From assembly GCA_033762915.1 (NCBI GenBank), contig JANRLD010000099.1:1-28634 (forward strand): a stretch of 28,634 nucleotides of DNA. The letters run 5' to 3'. Made by a program: the position numbers and the translations under genes. The notes under the pieces were generated by a model. That model was not told where the DNA came from, made no database searches, and saw nothing but the letters and a program-made list of their open reading frames with translations. Shown in pieces: positions 8,658-18,615 of this stretch (its first letter is position 1; the number at the start of each line of letters is the position of its first letter). The DNA comes from Meiothermus sp. (GTDB lineage: Bacteria > Deinococcota > Deinococci > Deinococcales > Thermaceae).

Positions 8658-11600
8658 TCAGACCTGGCTAAAAACCGACCGCTGAATCTCGCGGGCTTGC
8701 ATCGTGAAGCCCAGCTCGAGCGCCCGGGCGTGAGCGACCTCGAGTAACTCCCGAGCTTCTGCTTCTTCGCCCTTCAGCCGCAGCAGCGCAGCCTGTGCCC
8801 GCAGGTGCAGGAGCTGGACTCGAGGGTTATCGGGGTAAAGCTGTAAGAAGTTCGCCAGCTCTTGTTCGGCCAGTTCGTGCTCGCCGTTTTGCCAGAGCGC
8901 CTCGAGTTCTAGCTGGCGGGGAACCAGCAGAATCCAGCTCGAGGTTTCGGGCAGGTCGCGCCGGGCCTCGAGGGCACGATGAACCAGCGGTAGGACGTTG
9001 CCCCCCAGCGCTTTGTGGGCCGCACAAGACAGGTTGTCTAGGTAGCTCTGGGCCACGCCCGCGATCCGTATACTCGAGACTTTTGCCAGGGCTTCTTGGG
9101 CCTCCTCGAGGGCCTTCAGGGCCAGCTTGGGGCGGGCTGCGGCGAGGTGGACCCGGGCCACCGTCGCCAGCGAACTCATCAGCGCGAAGGGGTTCTGGAT
9201 CTGGCGGTTGTGCTCTGTCGACTCCAAGGCCAGCTCAAGGGCCTGGCTGAGGTCGTCTCGCTCGAGCAAGGTTAGGGCCAAGGTGCGCTGGGAAAAACCC
9301 AAGCCGTTGTGAAACTCGCTGCCCTCGAGCAGCTCCAGGGCGGTGCGGGCGTGGCGCTCGGCGGTCTGGAGGTCGCCCAGGTTGAGCGCACAGAAGGCCG
9401 CCATCGTGAGGGCGTAGGGGCGGCCCACGCGGGTCTGGGGCGACTGTAAGGCCAGGTTGGCGGCTTGCAGGGCGTGGGCCTTGGCCTCGGCCCAGCGGCC
9501 TAGGTTTTGCTCGAACATGTAGACCGCCTCGAGGCTGCGGTAGTGCAGCGCGAGGTCGGCCTGCTGCTCGGCAAACTCCAGCGCGCGGCGGGCGTGCTCG
9601 AGGGCCAGTCTGGTCTGGGCCTGGGTGTTCTCGAACCAGGATAGGCGCTCGAGGATCAGCGCCATCGCGTGGGCCTCGCCGCTACCCTCGGCCAGCTCGA
9701 GCGCCGCAGCGAACAGGGCGCGGGCCTTGGGGTAGTCGTGCAGAGCCTGGGCGGCGTGGTCGGCCTGCAGGGCCATCACGGCGGTCTCGAACCGTACGCT
9801 GCCGCGCTGGCGGGCCACGCCGAGCAGTTGTTCGAGCCGCAGCTCGAGCTGCGGCAGGCTGTAGAGGTTGGTTTGAATCAGGGGCGTAAGCTTGAGGTAG
9901 AGCGCTTCTAGGTCCGGCCCGTTCAACAAGGTGGGCTGGGCGGCCAGCAGCAAGATGGCTCGCTCGAGGTGGGTCTGAGCGATGCGGGTCAGGCCAAGGG
10001 GGTAGGTCTCGAGGCCCGCTTGCACGCGGTAGTGGGCCTCGCGCCGCGCATCGCCTGCCCGCAAGGCCACCTCGGCCAACACTGCTGGCGCCACGTTCTC
10101 GCCACGCCGCAACCGCCCCTCGAGGGCATCCAACAGGCCCGTGGAAAGCGCCTCTTGCAGCGTCTCGGGGATCAGCCCCATGGCCGCGTCGCGCAGCAAA
10201 TCGTGGGCGAAGCGGTTGCCGCGCAACACCTCGAGCCGCTCGAGCCGCGCCCAGGTTTCGGCCAAGCGCAGTTGGTCGGTGTTAAGCACTTGGGCTGCGA
10301 GGGTTAGGGACGACTCGGCCCCCGCCACCGCTACAAACTGGGCCAGTCGCCACTCGAGGGTTCCCAGGTGGCTCAGGCGGTTTTGCAGCAGCGGGATCAG
10401 CCCACGCCCAAAGCTGCCGCTGCCGCCGTACGCACTGGAGGCCTCCTTGAAAAACAAGGCATTACCGCCCGTAAGCTGCAAGAACTCGGCGGCCAGGTTT
10501 TGCGGCAGCCCCATTTTCTTCAGCCAGCTCGAGAGATCACCTATCCCCAGAGGCATCACCCGCTGGGTGCTGGCCCCCTGGGCGCTCAGGCGCGAGAGGG
10601 CGGCCTTGTACGCATCGTTGACCTCGTCGCCCCGATACGCCAGCACAGTGGGGGCGGCGGCCTCGTCCATGCGGCCCTGGGCGGCCTGCCACAGCCAAGC
10701 CGCGCTCTCGGCGTCCATAAACTGCAAGTCGTCCAGCACCAGTGCTGCCGCATTGGGAAAGATCTGATTCAAAGCGGCATAGAGCCGCAAGATGTTCAAC
10801 GGCTCGGCGGGGTTTGCGGCCTGATGCAACTCCGGGGCCAGTTTGGACAGCTCGAGCCTTGCCCACTCGGGCAGTTCGGAAGTCAAGCCGGGGGTCTCGC
10901 GCAACCGCTTGCGGAGGCCGCGCAATAGGCTCGAGAAAGGCAAGGCCGCATCGTTCGGGCGGCACTCGATCCACAGCGCATGGGGCAACCCTGAGCGCAA
11001 CAGGGCCGACTTGCCTGCACCTGGCTCTCCGTACAACAGCCCAAGACCCTTGCGCGCGCAGAGCTGCTCCAGCCAGCCCCGCTCCACCTCTCGCCCCACC
11101 AGAGACTCGTCAAAGGCCGCCCTCACCACCTGCAGCGGTTCGTTGAGGACGCCTAAAGTCTTGGCGCTTGGCTTTAGGCCCAGCTCGCGCTCGAGGGTGG
11201 TCTGACAGAGCAGCAAAGTTTCCCTGGCCTCTGCCTCACGCCCGGCGCTGCGCTGAACCCGCATCAAGCTTTGGTAGGCACCCTCGTTCAGTGCGTCCAG
11301 CCGCAAACGTTGCTGGGCAAAAGCCAGCGCATCCTCCAGCAACCCCGACCTCAAAGCCTGATCGGTCAGGCGCTCGAGCCCTTGCTGCAATTGCCCCGCA
11401 TAAAAGGCTCCCCGCTCGGCAGCCCAAGCCTCGAACTCATGTGCCTCGTCGAGGGTGAAGCCCTCGAGCCAGCCCCCAGAGAGTTCCTTGACGGTGGCTT
11501 CAAACCCATCGCCCACGAGATTCAACACATCAATCTCGAGCGGCTGACCCCATGAAATCTGCTGGCGGTTGGCCTTGAGGGGTTGCAAGCCCACGGCGGT

Positions 11601-11825
11601 CAGCACCTTGTTGACCTGAGCCAAGCAGTTCCGCAAAGCATCGCGGGGTGACTCGGAGTCGGGCCACAGCCAGGCTGCCAGCTGGTCACGGCTCTGGGTA
11701 CCCTCGAGGGCTACCAACATCAGCAGGGCCAGGCCCTTCTTGCTGGGGAAACGCAACAAACTGTTGCCCACACTCAATCCAGGCAGCCCAAACAGTCGCA
11801 ATACGGCGGCGTTTTCCGCGTCCAC
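8658..11825 (-). CDS. Large SARP/BTAD transcriptional activator with AAA/STAND-type ATPase and TPR repeats (AfsR-like architecture)
   Basis: N-terminal winged helix (LRLFGLP...KGLALLMLVALEG...SRDQLAAWLWP), BTAD (LDALNEGAYQSLM...LERELGLKPS), Walker A GEPGAGKS, Walker B LVLDDLQFMD, helical repeats; GTG start supported by TATACT 6 nt upstream. Confidence 0.88.
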   Translation of the reverse strand: MDAENAAVLRLFGLPGLSVGNSLLRFPSKKGLALLMLVALEGTQSRDQLAAWLWPDSESPRDALRNCLAQVNKVLTAVGLQPLKANRQQISWGQPLEIDVLNLVGDGFEATVKELSGGWLEGFTLDEAHEFEAWAAERGAFYAGQLQQGLERLTDQALRSGLLEDALAFAQQRLRLDALNEGAYQSLMRVQRSAGREAEARETLLLCQTTLERELGLKPSAKTLGVLNEPLQVVRAAFDESLVGREVERGWLEQLCARKGLGLLYGEPGAGKSALLRSGLPHALWIECRPNDAALPFSSLLRGLRKRLRETPGLTSELPEWARLELSKLAPELHQAANPAEPLNILRLYAALNQIFPNAAALVLDDLQFMDAESAAWLWQAAQGRMDEAAAPTVLAYRGDEVNDAYKAALSRLSAQGASTQRVMPLGIGDLSSWLKKMGLPQNLAAEFLQLTGGNALFFKEASSAYGGSGSFGRGLIPLLQNRLSHLGTLEWRLAQFVAVAGAESSLTLAAQVLNTDQLRLAETWARLERLEVLRGNRFAHDLLRDAAMGLIPETLQEALSTGLLDALEGRLRRGENVAPAVLAEVALRAGDARREAHYRVQAGLETYPLGLTRIAQTHLERAILLLAAQPTLLNGPDLEALYLKLTPLIQTNLYSLPQLELRLEQLLGVARQRGSVRFETAVMALQADHAAQALHDYPKARALFAAALELAEGSGEAHAMALILERLSWFENTQAQTRLALEHARRALEFAEQQADLALHYRSLEAVYMFEQNLGRWAEAKAHALQAANLALQSPQTRVGRPYALTMAAFCALNLGDLQTAERHARTALELLEGSEFHNGLGFSQRTLALTLLERDDLSQALELALESTEHNRQIQNPFALMSSLATVARVHLAAARPKLALKALEEAQEALAKVSSIRIAGVAQSYLDNLSCAAHKALGGNVLPLVHRALEARRDLPETSSWILLVPRQLELEALWQNGEHELAEQELANFLQLYPDNPRVQLLHLRAQAALLRLKGEEAEARELLEVAHARALELGFTMQAREIQRSVFSQV

Positions 11826-11831
11826 CAGCGC

Positions 11832-11875
11832 AGTATATGGGTCGTTGCGGTTTTGTTGCGGTCGTTTTCTACACT
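11832..11875. promoter_or_regulatory. Back-to-back promoters with a SARP-type tandem repeat
   Basis: Minus strand: -10 TATACT (11837-11832), leaderless spacing to the GTG. Plus strand: GTTGCGG at 11844 and 11855 (11-bp period) ending 8 nt before -10 TACACT (11870-11875). Confidence 0.7.
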
Positions 11876-11971
11876 TGCTTCCGATGTTTGGTTCCGCCGC
11901 TCGGGGTATTCAAGTGAGCAGGGTGTAGCAGGGTGGCGAGCGGGGAACCAGCATCACCGGGAGAAACCAAA

Positions 11972-12757
11972 GTGAAATGCACAAACATCATCCTATCGTT
12001 GGCCTGTGCCGTTTTCTTGGCTGCTTGCTCAAGCCCCTCGAGCTCCCAAAACCCGCAGACCCAGCCGCCACAAACCGAGCAACAGCCCGACACCACCTCA
12101 CCCACCATCACCCAAGTGAATCCTGTGGGAGGCAGCAACGCTGCCATTGGCCTCGAGGTGTCCACTGCTGATGCGGGCGGCATCCAAAAGGTCGAGTTCT
12201 GGGAGAATATCGCTCGCCTTTCCAGCCAACAAACCAGTGCGCCTGTACCCAACTCAAGACTCCTGGCCACCGACACAGCGGCTCCGTATCGGCTCGAGTT
12301 CAGCTACTCCGACAACGGAAGGCGTGATTTGTTTGTCAAGGTTTTCGACACGGCGGGCAACGTAGCGACCAGCCAAACCCTGACCATCACCATAAACATC
12401 CCCGCCCCGCCGCCCGCGGCCGACACCCAAGCCCCCACCGCGCCCAGCCTGCTCATCGGGTATGGGGCCACCACGGGCAACACCATGACGGTCGCGCCCG
12501 GCTTCACCTACAACCTCCAGGCCAGCGGCAGCACCGACAACGTGGGCGTCATCCGGGTCGAGTTCTACCAGCGCAACGGCACCAGAACGTTGGCTATCGA
12601 CGAACTTACCCAGGCCCCGTTCACCCTGTTCAGGCAGGAAACCTGTCTCGGTACCGGCTCGTACAACGTGAGTTACACCGCCAGGGCCTTCGACGCGGCG
12701 GGCAACGCCAGCCCCTACTCCGCCGATGTGGTGGTCTCATACGTGTGCGGCAAGTAA
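11972..12757 (+). CDS. Lipoprotein with two bacterial Ig-like domains
   Basis: GTG start after GGAGA; lipobox FLAA|C; two DT(T/Q)xPT...(K/R)VEF...(K/R)xFDxAGN repeats typical of Ig-like modules. Confidence 0.8.
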   Translation: MKCTNIILSLACAVFLAACSSPSSSQNPQTQPPQTEQQPDTTSPTITQVNPVGGSNAAIGLEVSTADAGGIQKVEFWENIARLSSQQTSAPVPNSRLLATDTAAPYRLEFSYSDNGRRDLFVKVFDTAGNVATSQTLTITINIPAPPPAADTQAPTAPSLLIGYGATTGNTMTVAPGFTYNLQASGSTDNVGVIRVEFYQRNGTRTLAIDELTQAPFTLFRQETCLGTGSYNVSYTARAFDAAGNASPYSADVVVSYVCGK

Positions 12758-12780
12758 CTCGAAATCCTGAAGGAGCAACC

Positions 12781-14202
12781 ATGAAACACATACTCACTGC
12801 CTCACTGCTGGCCCTTGGTCTGGTCGGCATGGCCCAGCCCTTGGCCCAAAACCGCAACCTCCCCACCGAGTTTCCCATTGATTGCCGTGGCCTAGACCGC
12901 CGCCCCGCCTCTCCCGCCGAAGCCACCCAGAACTGGAACTGGCGCTGTCAGCGCGTTTCGGAGCAGTGGGGCAAGGGCGCACGCTTCGGAGCAGGCATTG
13001 GCCCGGCCCAACTGGCCTCGGGCTTCCCCACCATGCCCGGAACCGTGCGCTACTTCGGCGGCTTTTTGGACAATGAAAAGCGCAAACTTTACATCGGCGC
13101 GACCTGGAGCGACAACCGGGGCAGGGACGGCAACCCCGACCTCAAGAACTTCGGCTTGATTTTTGAAGTGGACATCGACTGGAAATCTGAGAACGTGGGC
13201 AGCCGTAAGGTGATCAGCGGGAAGTACTTAAGCCGCCAGGGCGACGTTGATGTGGGCAGCGGCGACAAACTCTCCACCGTCAAGACCCTGCGGCGCGGAA
13301 AGGATGGGAACCTGTATGCTTTCACTCAGGACGCAGGCAACCCCGCCACGGTGGTGCGGATAGACCCTGCCAGCGGTAGCCGCACCACCGTCTGGAGCGA
13401 GAAGGCTATCCTCCACAACAACCCCAATCCCTTCCCTAAAGACCAGTGCGAAAACGGGCAGGTGGTGGGTAAAGACGGCATCACCGGTGGCGGGCGGCGC
13501 AGCGTGCAGATCAACGGCCTGTGGAACCCCTTCGAGATGAACCCCCAAACCGGCGAGTTCTACCTCTCGGTGATCCAAGCAGACCGCAACAGCCCCTTCG
13601 GGATCATCAAGATTGGCGCCGACGGCAGCGAGTGCAGTTGGGTAACGCGGGCCAAGGCGGGCGGCTCCAACCGCTACGCCGACAACGCCACCACCAAGGC
13701 CGACCCGACATTCGGTCAACCCGCTGGTGTGGGGACCAGGGGTGCGGGCATCACCAATATGACCTTCAATGCCACCAACCTCTTCTATCACGAAGTCAAG
13801 GGCCAAAAGTGGCTCTATGCCAGTAGCGGCTCAACCTACTGGCGCACCAACCTCGAGACGGGCAACCGCGAACTGGTGGTGCAGGCCGACGTGGGCGACT
13901 CTTACTCGGTGTGGGATGCTACGCGCAACTGGCTCTGGACTTCGGGCACCGGCAACGGCTCGGCCATCGGGGCCGTGACCATCAACAACGAGGACGACCC
14001 CAAGGTGAGTTCCAACCTCTTCTGCACGAACCCCGGCGCGGCCTGGTACCAATGCGTGCGCGGCCCCGGCGAGGTCGGGCCGATGCTGCGCGGTGGGATG
14101 TTTGTAGACCCCCTCGACGGCAATCTGATCATCGCCCACGACGCGGTGGGGCTAGTTCGGATCGAGGTCAAGACAGGCAATAGCTATACCTTCAGCCTTT
14201 GA
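12781..14202 (+). CDS. Secreted hypothetical protein, probable beta-propeller, with paired cysteines
   Basis: SD AAGGAG; signal peptide MKHILTASLLALGLVGMA; repeated beta-blade-like motifs (DGNLYAF, VVRIDPASGSR, YWRTNLETGNR, LVRIEVKTGN). Confidence 0.7.
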   Translation: MKHILTASLLALGLVGMAQPLAQNRNLPTEFPIDCRGLDRRPASPAEATQNWNWRCQRVSEQWGKGARFGAGIGPAQLASGFPTMPGTVRYFGGFLDNEKRKLYIGATWSDNRGRDGNPDLKNFGLIFEVDIDWKSENVGSRKVISGKYLSRQGDVDVGSGDKLSTVKTLRRGKDGNLYAFTQDAGNPATVVRIDPASGSRTTVWSEKAILHNNPNPFPKDQCENGQVVGKDGITGGGRRSVQINGLWNPFEMNPQTGEFYLSVIQADRNSPFGIIKIGADGSECSWVTRAKAGGSNRYADNATTKADPTFGQPAGVGTRGAGITNMTFNATNLFYHEVKGQKWLYASSGSTYWRTNLETGNRELVVQADVGDSYSVWDATRNWLWTSGTGNGSAIGAVTINNEDDPKVSSNLFCTNPGAAWYQCVRGPGEVGPMLRGGMFVDPLDGNLIIAHDAVGLVRIEVKTGNSYTFSL

Positions 14203-14224
14203 ACTGGGCGGAAGCCTAAAGATG

Positions 14225-14250
14225 CGGGTTGGCCCTCTAGGGCCGCCCCG
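14225..14250. terminator. Hairpin between convergent genes
   Basis: GGCCC-TCTA-GGGCC stem extended by flanking CGGG/CCCG, between stops at 14202 and 14256; no clear U-tract. Confidence 0.4.
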
Positions 14251-14255
14251 TTCCC

Positions 14256-14954
14256 CTATCCTGAAACCCCGAACAGCGACCCTACCGCTGCGCTCAGGGC
14301 CATTGCCACCGCGCCCCACAGCGTTACCCGAAGCGCTCCCCTGACCACGTTGGCGCCGCCCGCGTAGGCCGCCAGCCCGCCCAGAATCAGCAAGGTGACC
14401 AGGGTGGCGACGGTCACGCCGATGTTGATGATGGCGTGCGGCAGCAGGATCGCGGCGATCACCGGGATGATGGCCCCCGCCATGAACGCCGCTGCCGAGG
14501 CCAGGGCCGCTTGCAGGGGCCGGGCGCGCAGCGTCTCGGTGATGCCCAGCTCGTCGCGGGCGTGGGCCTCGAGGGCGTTCTTGGCCGTGAGCTGCTGGGC
14601 CACCTGGAGGGCCAGGGCGGGCTCGAGACCCCGCCGCTCGTAGATGCCGGCAAGCTCCCGCAACTCGCCCTCGGGGTCGTCTTGTAGCTCCCGGGTCTCC
14701 TTGGCGATGTCGGCCCGCTCGGTGTCGGCCTGCGACTGCACCGAGACGTACTCGCCCGCCGCCATCGAGGTCGCGCCCGCTACCAGTGCCGCCACGCCCG
14801 CCAGCAGAATGGTCTGCGGCGAGGTTCCGCTCGCGGTGGCCACCGCCACCACCACGCTCGCAACCGACACCACGCCGTCATTGGCCCCCAGCACGGCGGC
14901 TCGCAGCCAGCCGATCCGCTCGGATTGGTGGTTTTCCCGATGGGCTCTGAGCAT
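14256..14954 (-). CDS. VIT1/CCC1 family Fe/Mn transporter
   Basis: GWLRAAVLGANDGVVS, SMAAGEYVSV and AHARDELG motifs. Confidence 0.93.
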   Translation of the reverse strand: MLRAHRENHQSERIGWLRAAVLGANDGVVSVASVVVAVATASGTSPQTILLAGVAALVAGATSMAAGEYVSVQSQADTERADIAKETRELQDDPEGELRELAGIYERRGLEPALALQVAQQLTAKNALEAHARDELGITETLRARPLQAALASAAAFMAGAIIPVIAAILLPHAIINIGVTVATLVTLLILGGLAAYAGGANVVRGALRVTLWGAVAMALSAAVGSLFGVSG

Positions 14955-15017
14955 AGGTCTACCTCGCGGAAAGTCTATCCCCGAAGGCTCGAGGCATGTA
15001 AGGCCATGCTTGGCCCC

Positions 15018-15431
15018 TCACACCCGGTCGTCGTTGCCAACCACCAGCACGGGCACCGGGGACTCCCGCGCCACCCGCTCGGCCACCGAGCCCATGAACA
15101 GGTGCTCGAGGCCCCGCTTGTTGGCCGTTCCCACCACGATCAGGTCGGTCCCCCAGTCGCGGGCCTCCTTGAGGCCCACCTCGGCAGGCTGTCCGTAGAG
15201 CACTTCCCCACCGCCCAACTCGGCCAGCCGCCGCTCGGCCTCGTCGGCGAGGCTCTGCTGCATCTCGAGCGCGGTGTGGGCGGTCTTGCTGCGGGCCTTG
15301 GAGACCTGCCCCAGCCCCGCCACGTCGACCACGTGCAGCAGCCGCGTCTGGGCATCGGGGAAGTGCTTACGCACAAACTCGAGCGCCTTGCTCGAGCCCT
15401 CCGAAAAGTCGGTCATCAGCAGAACACGCAT
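15018..15431 (-). CDS. Universal stress protein (USP)
   Basis: RVLLMTDFSEGS, DLIVVG, and LFMGSVAERVARESPVPVLVV; SD GGAGG. Confidence 0.92.
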   Translation of the reverse strand: MRVLLMTDFSEGSSKALEFVRKHFPDAQTRLLHVVDVAGLGQVSKARSKTAHTALEMQQSLADEAERRLAELGGGEVLYGQPAEVGLKEARDWGTDLIVVGTANKRGLEHLFMGSVAERVARESPVPVLVVGNDDRV

Positions 15432-15625
15432 GGCTGTCCTCCGCAGTGTCTGGGTAGTTGAGATGCGGCGTGCCGCCCGCCACCCCCAAGCTCAGGGTAG
15501 CGGGTTTGTGCCAGTCAAATGGCCCCCGTGCTTCTGTCAGGCGGGCGTTTGGGGCCGGTTGAGGGCGCCGAAGCCTTGCCCGTACTGGGGGTCATCCTTG
15601 GGGATTGGCCCAGGCTGGGGTGCCG

Positions 15626-16450
15626 CTATTGCCCGCCCAGATTCAGCGTGTATCTCAGCCACAGCCCGAAGCCCCAGTCGTAGCTGGCGTCCAGCCGGTA
15701 GCTGTCCAGTTCCGCGCCTAGGCTGGCCGTGAGGCGGCTGGAGGCCAGCGCGTAGGCCAGGGCCAGCCGTAACTTCAGGATGCTCTCCCCCTCGCCCACT
15801 GGCAGCGAAAGGGCGGCCTCGAGCTCGTTGCGGAGCCCAGCCCGCAGCAGCGCCTCCAGCAGTGCCCCTTCCTCGCCGACCTCCCCGCGCCAGCCCAGCA
15901 CGGCGTAGGGGTTGGGGCCGCGTACCCCCAGCCCGAAGGTGTAGGTGGCGCGGTCGCGCAAGGCCAGGGTGGCTTCGGCGGTGAGCAGCGGGTCGGCGTA
16001 GGCCAGCAGCAGTCCGGCCGTCTGGGCCGAAGAGAGGCGGACTCGCCCGGAGATCAGGCCGCCGAGACCGGCAGGGTCGGAGTCGCCCACCCAGAGGTTG
16101 CCGCGGGCGGTCGGGGCGTAGCCCAGGCGGGCCTCGAGGGCGAACTGAGCTACGCCCCCGCGCACAAACCCCTCGGCGCCCCAGCCCGCCAAGCCCAGGC
16201 TGCCCCGCGCCCCGTAGGCCACCCGCCCCGCTGCGCCCAGGTCCAGCGCCCGCTCCACCGAGACCCCGAAGGCGTCGCGCTGCGCCCGGGCCCCCAGTGT
16301 GAAATCGTCAAGGGGGTAGGAAAGCTCGAGGGTCGGGGTGAGGTAGTCCGGCGTGAGCCGCCCGTAGGCGCCGAGGGTGAGGGTCTGGGCGTGGCCGGCG
16401 GAGAGGGCTAAGGCCACGAGCCATGAGCCGAGGGCGATGAGCATTTTCAT
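15626..16450 (-). CDS. Exported protein, possibly an outer-membrane beta-barrel
   Basis: Signal peptide (…LSAGHA|Q); alternating amphipathic Gly/Tyr-rich strands; leaderless -10 TAAGCT 6 nt upstream (16462-16457). Confidence 0.6.
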   Translation of the reverse strand: MKMLIALGSWLVALALSAGHAQTLTLGAYGRLTPDYLTPTLELSYPLDDFTLGARAQRDAFGVSVERALDLGAAGRVAYGARGSLGLAGWGAEGFVRGGVAQFALEARLGYAPTARGNLWVGDSDPAGLGGLISGRVRLSSAQTAGLLLAYADPLLTAEATLALRDRATYTFGLGVRGPNPYAVLGWRGEVGEEGALLEALLRAGLRNELEAALSLPVGEGESILKLRLALAYALASSRLTASLGAELDSYRLDASYDWGFGLWLRYTLNLGGQ

Positions 16451-16554
16451 GACGATAGCTTAGCGCGGACGGCCCTTGGCCGTCCGCCCCTGGGCCTCGC
16501 CCGCGCCGGGTGTAAGCACGGCGCGGCCGGCGGGTCGGGGCCCGAAACCCAGCC

Positions 16555-17247
16555 CTACCGCCGTGGCAAGAACAGCGACAGCATCAAGATCAGCAGCCCC
16601 GCCGCCCCGCTGAGGGCGGCCCACAAGTAGCGGTTCTGGGTGGCCCGCACCGGCGGCAAGACGCCCTCCTGGTAGGTGCGGGTCTGGCTGCGGTTGGGGG
16701 TGAGGATGTCCACCGCCGGGGGCGAGCCGGCCCGTCCGTCGAGTACCCAGGCCCCCCCGCCGGGCCGCACCGGCCGGAAATTCCAGTCGGTGAAGGGGTC
16801 GTAGAGCCCGGTTGCCACGAAGTAGCCGTAGTCGCCCGCGGGCAGATCGGGGCGCAGCTCGAGCCACTCCCCGTTGATCGCGAACTCCACCGGCTTCGCG
16901 GCGCCGTTCGCCCGCCGCTCCTCCGACTTCCAGCCGGTCAGCAGGTAGGCCCGCTCCCACCCCGCGTCGTCGGGTGTCCTGAACCCGGCGCCCGGCAGCT
17001 CGGTCTCGCCGCCCGGGCCGGTGTCCACGTAGACCGCCACGGTGGTCAGCGAGAACCCGCCGGGCGCATTCTGCGGGTTGGCCAGCCGGCTCAGCCGGAC
17101 CCGCAGCACCACCTTGCCGCCCTCCTCGAGGGCTTCAAACCCGGTCAAGTCCGCGAACCCCGCCTCGGCGAACAGCGCCGCCCTGGGGTAGGCGTACAGC
17201 AGCCCGTAGTCGTCGCCGGCGGAGTCGGTGAAGAGGAGGGGGATCAT
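16555..17247 (-). CDS. Glucodextranase DOMON-like domain protein with a C-terminal membrane anchor
   Basis: FTDSAGDDYG...YAYP, DLTGF, and NPQNAPGGFSLTTVAVYVDT match the glucodextranase C-terminal domain pattern; hydrophobic C-terminal helix. Confidence 0.75.
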   Translation of the reverse strand: MIPLLFTDSAGDDYGLLYAYPRAALFAEAGFADLTGFEALEEGGKVVLRVRLSRLANPQNAPGGFSLTTVAVYVDTGPGGETELPGAGFRTPDDAGWERAYLLTGWKSEERRANGAAKPVEFAINGEWLELRPDLPAGDYGYFVATGLYDPFTDWNFRPVRPGGGAWVLDGRAGSPPAVDILTPNRSQTRTYQEGVLPPVRATQNRYLWAALSGAAGLLILMLSLFLPRR

Positions 17248-17289
17248 AGGGGCGGGGCAAAGCGCGTGACGGGTTGGGTTTCTCTGCCC

Positions 17290-18615
17290 TTAGCGAAGCG
17301 TCATGAGCGCCTTCACGATCTTAGCGGGGTCGTGCTGGGCGAAGCCTTGCTCGAGGAAGTCGTCGACCACAAGCTGAACACCCTCGCCCTCGAAGCGTTC
17401 GCGGCTGAGGGGGACGGGGCGCTGGCCTTCGGCGCGGTAGCGCCTGAGGATCTCTTCGGGGATGAGGGCGCTGTTGATCAGGATAACGTTGGGCTTGCGG
17501 CCCAGGTGCTGGGACACCGCATGGTAGTGGTCGAAGGCATCCATGCCCTCGGTCTCGCCGCGCTCGCTCATGATGTTGGCGATGTAGACCAGCCTGGCCC
17601 TCGAGTGCTGGATGGCGGTCTGGATGCCCTTGGGCAGGAAGCTGGGGATCACGCTGCTGTATAGGCTGCCCGGCCCAAGCACGATCATGTCGGCCTTGCG
17701 GATGGCCTCCACCGCCTCGGGCATGGCCTCGACGCTGCTGGGGTTGAGCCCCACCCGGCGGATGCGCCCCGGCTTCTCGCGCAGCGCCGACTCGCCGTTG
17801 ACCCGGCTGCCGTCGCCGCGCTCGGCCCACAGCCGCACCGCCTCATAGGTGGAGGGCCAGACCGCCCCGCGCAGCCGCAGAACCTGGTTGGACTGGCGCA
17901 TGGCCAGGGCGAAGTCGTTGTTTAGCTCGGAGAGCGAGACCAGCATCAGGTTGCCGAAGGTGTGGCCCTTCAGCTCCTCGCCGCGCTGGAAGCGGTACTC
18001 CATCAGGTCGGACAGGCCGTCGGCGTCGGAGAGGGCGGCCAGGCAGTCCACCAGGTCGCCCACTGCCGGGACCCCGAAGGAGTTGCGCAGCCGCCCGGTG
18101 GAGCCGCCGTCGTCGCTGACCGCTACCACCGCGGTGATGTTGGCGGTCTCGATCTTAAGGCCGCGCAGCACCCTCGAGAGCCCCGTGCCCCCGCCCAGCG
18201 CGGCGATGCGTGGGCCGGCCTCGAGGCGGCGCTTGATGTAGACCTGCTTGGACACCGAGCTGAGGTCAGTGATGGCTGAGAGCATCGAGCGGTTCATCAT
18301 CCGGATGCCCACGAAAAACAGGGTCATGCCCAGCAGGAACCAGATCGTCCCCGACAGCCACATCGGCACCGAGAAGTAGCTGGCCCAGCGCAGGGTCTCG
18401 AGGAACAGCGGGATCAGCGAGCTTTGCAGGGCGAGGTGCACCACCCCCAGGAACATCATCAGCACCCCGCCAAAGGCGATGAAGGCGTAGCGCTTGACCC
18501 GCATCCCCGGCAGCCACCAGCGCAGGATGCTGAGGAAGGAGTCCTCCGCCGGGTGCGACCGCAACCCGCGCCGCAGGTCGGCGGCGGTCTGGGAGAAGGG
18601 GGGTTTCCAAATCAT
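17290..18615 (-). CDS. yvcK: YvcK/GlmR-family UDP-GlcNAc-binding protein with N-terminal TM helices
   Basis: ALGGGTGLS, VAVSDDGGSTGRLR, GHTFGNL and LGPGSLYSSVIP; directly downstream of rapZ. Confidence 0.9.
   Translation of the reverse strand: MIWKPPFSQTAADLRRGLRSHPAEDSFLSILRWWLPGMRVKRYAFIAFGGVLMMFLGVVHLALQSSLIPLFLETLRWASYFSVPMWLSGTIWFLLGMTLFFVGIRMMNRSMLSAITDLSSVSKQVYIKRRLEAGPRIAALGGGTGLSRVLRGLKIETANITAVVAVSDDGGSTGRLRNSFGVPAVGDLVDCLAALSDADGLSDLMEYRFQRGEELKGHTFGNLMLVSLSELNNDFALAMRQSNQVLRLRGAVWPSTYEAVRLWAERGDGSRVNGESALREKPGRIRRVGLNPSSVEAMPEAVEAIRKADMIVLGPGSLYSSVIPSFLPKGIQTAIQHSRARLVYIANIMSERGETEGMDAFDHYHAVSQHLGRKPNVILINSALIPEEILRRYRAEGQRPVPLSRERFEGEGVQLVVDDFLEQGFAQHDPAKIVKALMTLR

Noticed and set aside
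11884..11928. 14-codon ORF (MFGSAARGIQVSRV) just after the plus-strand -10
   Set aside because: Spacing is 8 nt rather than the 6 nt seen at the other leaderless starts, and there is no other support
15505..15520. CRP/FNR-like site upstream of the USP gene (TTTGTGCCAGTCAAAT)
   Set aside because: Poor symmetry; cannot be distinguished from chance
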